A DNA stretch of 28,334 nt from positions 1 to 28,334 of the IMG/VR virus record IMGVR_UViG_3300016662_000085. One strand, 5' to 3'. The notes beneath the pieces were generated by a model. The model searched no databases. It was not told where the DNA came from and saw nothing but the letters and a program-made list of their open reading frames with translations. The DNA comes from a virus. Lineage: Duplodnaviria > Caudoviricetes. Numbering within the stretch: the stretch's first letter is position 1; each line of letters starts with the position of its first letter. The translations under genes and the position numbers were made by a program. Positions 25,059 through 28,334 of the stretch are shown in pieces.

Positions 25059-27067
25059 GCCTGTTGGACTATTGCCTGTACAGCATCGACCTTCATGTTA
25101 ACAATTTTAGCAAGTTTTTCTGGTTCAATAGTTGCAACCTGTTTAGCAGTCTTTATTCCAGCATCATACAACTTGGTCGCACGAACACGACCAATGTTTT
25201 CTAATTGGCACAAATCCAACAAATGAACAGGAACACCATAAGCAATTCTTCCTTCCAAATTTTTAAACCAATTTTTCTTTTTCCAAAGATTGCCTATGCT
25301 GTCCAACGCATTCAACACTTGAGCAATTCTGTTAAAGTCTTGCTGTAAATTTCTTTGAGAACTAGCACAAGCCTGTGAGTTAATGCCATTAAGCAAATTG
25401 TAATAACAGTAAGCAGCTTTTACCGCACCGTCTAACAAAACTTTGCCACCAGCCTTCAATCTAATTTGATTAGCAAACAAGCTTATTTCTTCTTTTTCTA
25501 GTTTATTGACAATATTCATGCGTAAGCTATCAATATTGCCAAGAGCCAATGCAACTTTATAATCATCGTCCTCACAATTGCCTTTAAATATACCATCAAA
25601 GTTAAAATAGAGGTCTGATACATCGAATGGACTGATGTAAAACATACTGGCAACTTTGAGAACTGTTCTTGTTTTCCAAATTCCATTTTCCTCGGTTATT
25701 GCTCCACATTTTGTGAGCAATTTTAAAGTGCTATCAACAATAGAATCATCAAAATGTTTGTTTTGGAAATAAGCCAAAGAACGATTGAACCATTTGTGAA
25801 CATCTTCTGTCGTAGTGATTCCACCGAAGAAAATTTCGCTTACCAAATGAAAAGCCAAGGTTTTGTAAGTCTCGCCTGTTTTAATCAAAAGCTGAGATTC
25901 GATACGATTGGATTTACTGTACTTTCTTTTGTATTCAGCGGCTCGACTTTCAGGAACAAGAATATAGGCATCGCCCATAGGGTCGATGCCATAGCGACCG
26001 GATCGACCTATCATTTGCAAAATATCATAAGATTCCATCTCATCAACGCCACGATGAACACCAAGAATAATAACTCTTCGTGCTGGCAAATTAAGTCCAT
26101 ATGCCAGAGTGCTTGTTGCAACAATTACTCTAAACATTGGATCGTTCTTAAATCTATCTTCCACCTTGGCTCTTTCAGATGATTCCAAATCAGCATTATG
26201 AAACTGACAATCAATTCCTGCTGACTTTAATTCTTTCTTCATTAAATCGCCGGTTCTTTTTGTATGAGCGAATACCAAGAACTTGTCATCTTTGTACCAC
26301 TCTACAATGTCAAGTGCTTTATTGATTTTCTCTTGTTCAATCAAATCATATCTTCTTAGTGAGTCATCATAATTTTCATAATGAACTGTAAGTGGAACAG
26401 GTCTGTATTCTGAAAGAAGAATAAATGTTTGTTTTTGATTAAGTGAATAGCTTACCCATTCAGCAATTTCTTCCACATTTGGCATGGTTGCTGACAATAA
26501 AACAATTCTTGCGCCGGGATTGATTTGAGTGAATTTCATCAATCCAACTTCGAGATGATCACCACGCCCCGGCACAGTAAGAAGGTGGCTTTCATCAATA
26601 ACAAGAACACCAATCTTCTGCAAAAATTGGCTTTGTTCTGATTTATGGCTTCGGCTTCTGTGACTAAGCATTTCGCTTGTCATGACGATTATATCGGCTT
26701 CTTCAAGTTCTTTGGTTCTTTCTTTAGTAAGTCGATAATCGCCTGTGCAAATGCTGATTTTTAAATCAGAAAAATGATGATCTTTGTCAGTCCAATCATT
26801 TAATTTTTCACGGGCAAGCGCACGAAGAGGGGCAAGAAACATTGCCTTACCGCCACGACTGCGAATTTGTTCAGCCATGAATTGTTCGGCAATTGTTGTC
26901 TTACCGGCACTTGTTCTGGCGGCGATTAAACCATTTACATCTTGATTATAATATTCCATGATCCGGCTTTGAACCGGATTAAATTTTTCAAATTTCCATT
27001 TAGCAAAAGGAAATTCCGAAGTTGCGACACAAACAGTTTGGTCTTCGGTCTTAATGATCGGCGGCAT
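25046..27067 (-). CDS. Ski2/Hel308-like SF2 helicase
   Basis: Q-motif FNPVQ, ARTSAGKT, PLRALA, TGD, DESH, SAT, TSTLAYGLNLPA, QMIGRSGR; C-terminal HhH ENIGRVRATKLYDAGI. Confidence 0.92.
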   Translation of the reverse strand: MPPIIKTEDQTVCVATSEFPFAKWKFEKFNPVQSRIMEYYNQDVNGLIAARTSAGKTTIAEQFMAEQIRSRGGKAMFLAPLRALAREKLNDWTDKDHHFSDLKISICTGDYRLTKERTKELEEADIIVMTSEMLSHRSRSHKSEQSQFLQKIGVLVIDESHLLTVPGRGDHLEVGLMKFTQINPGARIVLLSATMPNVEEIAEWVSYSLNQKQTFILLSEYRPVPLTVHYENYDDSLRRYDLIEQEKINKALDIVEWYKDDKFLVFAHTKRTGDLMKKELKSAGIDCQFHNADLESSERAKVEDRFKNDPMFRVIVATSTLAYGLNLPARRVIILGVHRGVDEMESYDILQMIGRSGRYGIDPMGDAYILVPESRAAEYKRKYSKSNRIESQLLIKTGETYKTLAFHLVSEIFFGGITTTEDVHKWFNRSLAYFQNKHFDDSIVDSTLKLLTKCGAITEENGIWKTRTVLKVASMFYISPFDVSDLYFNFDGIFKGNCEDDDYKVALALGNIDSLRMNIVNKLEKEEISLFANQIRLKAGGKVLLDGAVKAAYCYYNLLNGINSQACASSQRNLQQDFNRIAQVLNALDSIGNLWKKKNWFKNLEGRIAYGVPVHLLDLCQLENIGRVRATKLYDAGIKTAKQVATIEPEKLAKIVNMKVDAVQAIVQQAQGL

Positions 27068-27347
27068 TGTTGTCCCTTATTGCTTTAGGAGAATTATACC
27101 ACGCTTTCAATTCAGGGTTAATTTTTTGAAGCAATTCACGATTTTTAATTACCTTTTCTTGATCAAAATTTATATCAACGGCTTTGCCATCAGGATGCCT
27201 TGCAATTCCCGATGAAAAATCCTCATACATCAAAATTACATCTTGTGCGCCCTTTTTGTACCAATATTCTTGACTTGCTATAAATCCAAGGGCCAACCCC
27301 AACAAAAAGGTAACTATAATTTTGCTAAATTGAGAAATAATTTTCAT
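27051..27347 (-). CDS. Hypothetical protein with an N-terminal membrane anchor
   Basis: IIVTFLLGLALGFIA hydrophobic helix. Confidence 0.65.
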   Translation of the reverse strand: MKIISQFSKIIVTFLLGLALGFIASQEYWYKKGAQDVILMYEDFSSGIARHPDGKAVDINFDQEKVIKNRELLQKINPELKAWYNSPKAIRDNNAADH

Positions 27348-27355
27348 GCTTCACC

Positions 27356-27387
27356 AAAAAAAATGTCCCACGCTTGATTGTGGGACA
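27356..27387 (-). terminator. Intrinsic terminator
   Basis: TGTCCCAC/GTGGGACA stem followed on the minus strand by 8 T. Confidence 0.8.
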
Positions 27388-27409
27388 GTAAATAAAATTA
27401 AGTTTAAAA

Positions 27410-27667
27410 TCAAGCTGCGGATGCAGCGAGTCGCTTTTCATGCTCTTTTTGAATCGCAAATTGTACCATATCAATCATATCATAAAATTGATTAAAATCT
27501 GTTGCAGAAGATAACCACTTATCAATTTCTCTTACTCCTCCTAAAAATTCTACTGCTTCAGATAGGTCTGCCGCAATCCTTTGACTCAGTCGAGCTTGAA
27601 GGAATTTGACATTGTCATCTGAAATTTTAGCGCAATACTCTCTTAGGTAGATTTCTGGCTTCTTCAT
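27410..27667 (-). CDS. Hypothetical protein
   Basis: SD GGAG; followed by a terminator. Confidence 0.8.
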   Translation of the reverse strand: MKKPEIYLREYCAKISDDNVKFLQARLSQRIAADLSEAVEFLGGVREIDKWLSSATDFNQFYDMIDMVQFAIQKEHEKRLAASAA

Positions 27668-27701
27668 GGGATAATACTCCGCTTAATTTGAGGACCGTGC
27701 A

Positions 27702-28028
27702 ATGAAAATTTTTGACGCAGACAAGTTAGAAAAACTTCTCGTCGCAAACTGGACACAGTTCCTCGATAGCACAAGACTGGTGGCGTTTGTGTTACAAAAA
27801 CTACAAGAAAACGCCGGTCGTCTTGATATTATATCTTCCGATTCAATTAAATCCAAAGGTATAAAAATAACATTGTCAAGGTTTTATCCTTCACAAAATT
27901 GTTTTACTATTTGGATTGAATTCAATGCTCCGGTAGTCCCCAACCGATATGCGGAGGGAACTATGGAGTTAATGCTTGATTTAGACGGCAAAATCGAATT
28001 ACTTCATCTAATGGGGAATATTACTTAA
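27702..28028 (+). CDS. Hypothetical protein
   Basis: SD GAGGA; divergent from the 27667 gene. Confidence 0.75.
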   Translation: MKIFDADKLEKLLVANWTQFLDSTRLVAFVLQKLQENAGRLDIISSDSIKSKGIKITLSRFYPSQNCFTIWIEFNAPVVPNRYAEGTMELMLDLDGKIELLHLMGNIT

Positions 28029-28324
28029 ACAACATCAAATCTTCTGACTTGTTCGCCGTTGTTGTCAATGAACTTGTCTTCAAAAACTAAAATGTTGTCT
28101 TCGTCAGAAAATCTCAAACCCATGTTATAAGCATCCAAGCTTGTAGCTCTGTTTTCTCTAGATGTAATGACCCAGCAATAATCATCCTTAACAACAAGTT
28201 TTCCTTCTTTATTTTCCTGTGTCACGCCAATCTCAAGTTTTACGCCATCAGGCAAAAGCAGTTCTATCTGCCCGTATTTTAGAAGATGTTCTACGAGCAG
28301 GGCTTGTATTTTATTCTTTTTCAT
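28025..28324 (-). CDS. Hypothetical protein
   Basis: Clean 99-aa ORF convergent with the previous gene. Confidence 0.75.
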   Translation of the reverse strand: MKKNKIQALLVEHLLKYGQIELLLPDGVKLEIGVTQENKEGKLVVKDDYCWVITSRENRATSLDAYNMGLRFSDEDNILVFEDKFIDNNGEQVRRFDVV

Positions 28325-28334
28325 GGTTTTGACC

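Overview
AT-rich, gene-dense window in the standard bacterial genetic code, best read as part of a large (jumbo/huge, T4-like) phage genome. No capsid, terminase or portal gene lies in the window, so phage origin is an inference. It rests on host-like auxiliary genes mixed with many small ORFans, a T4 gp1-like dNMP kinase, a gp4/TnsA-like nuclease, T4 late-promoter-like TA(A/T)ATA boxes and recurrent T4 capsid-targeting-like N-termini. Main contents: (1) DNA polymerase III alpha (dnaE) split without inteins into two genes about 3.8 kb apart, each preceded by a sigma70-like promoter overlapping an SD-occluding inverted repeat; (2) a one-piece tmRNA with tag (A)GETVYALAA and a non-canonical T-loop; (3) a complete prkA/yeaG-yeaH-spoVR module, with a LAGLIDADG intein in spoVR and an orphan BglII-family nuclease inserted in the operon; (4) at least seven unrelated ORFs sharing an M-x-(F/Y)-x-x-(F/W/Y)-x-E leader, including an Ntn-hydrolase whose catalytic Cys directly follows a putative prohead-protease site; (5) iscA/hesB, thyX, hldE, two glycosyltransferases, a methyltransferase, a Hel308/Ski2-like helicase, an AAA ATPase, HNH nucleases and Cys-rich proteins. 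All calls come from motif recognition by eye; no database searches were run.
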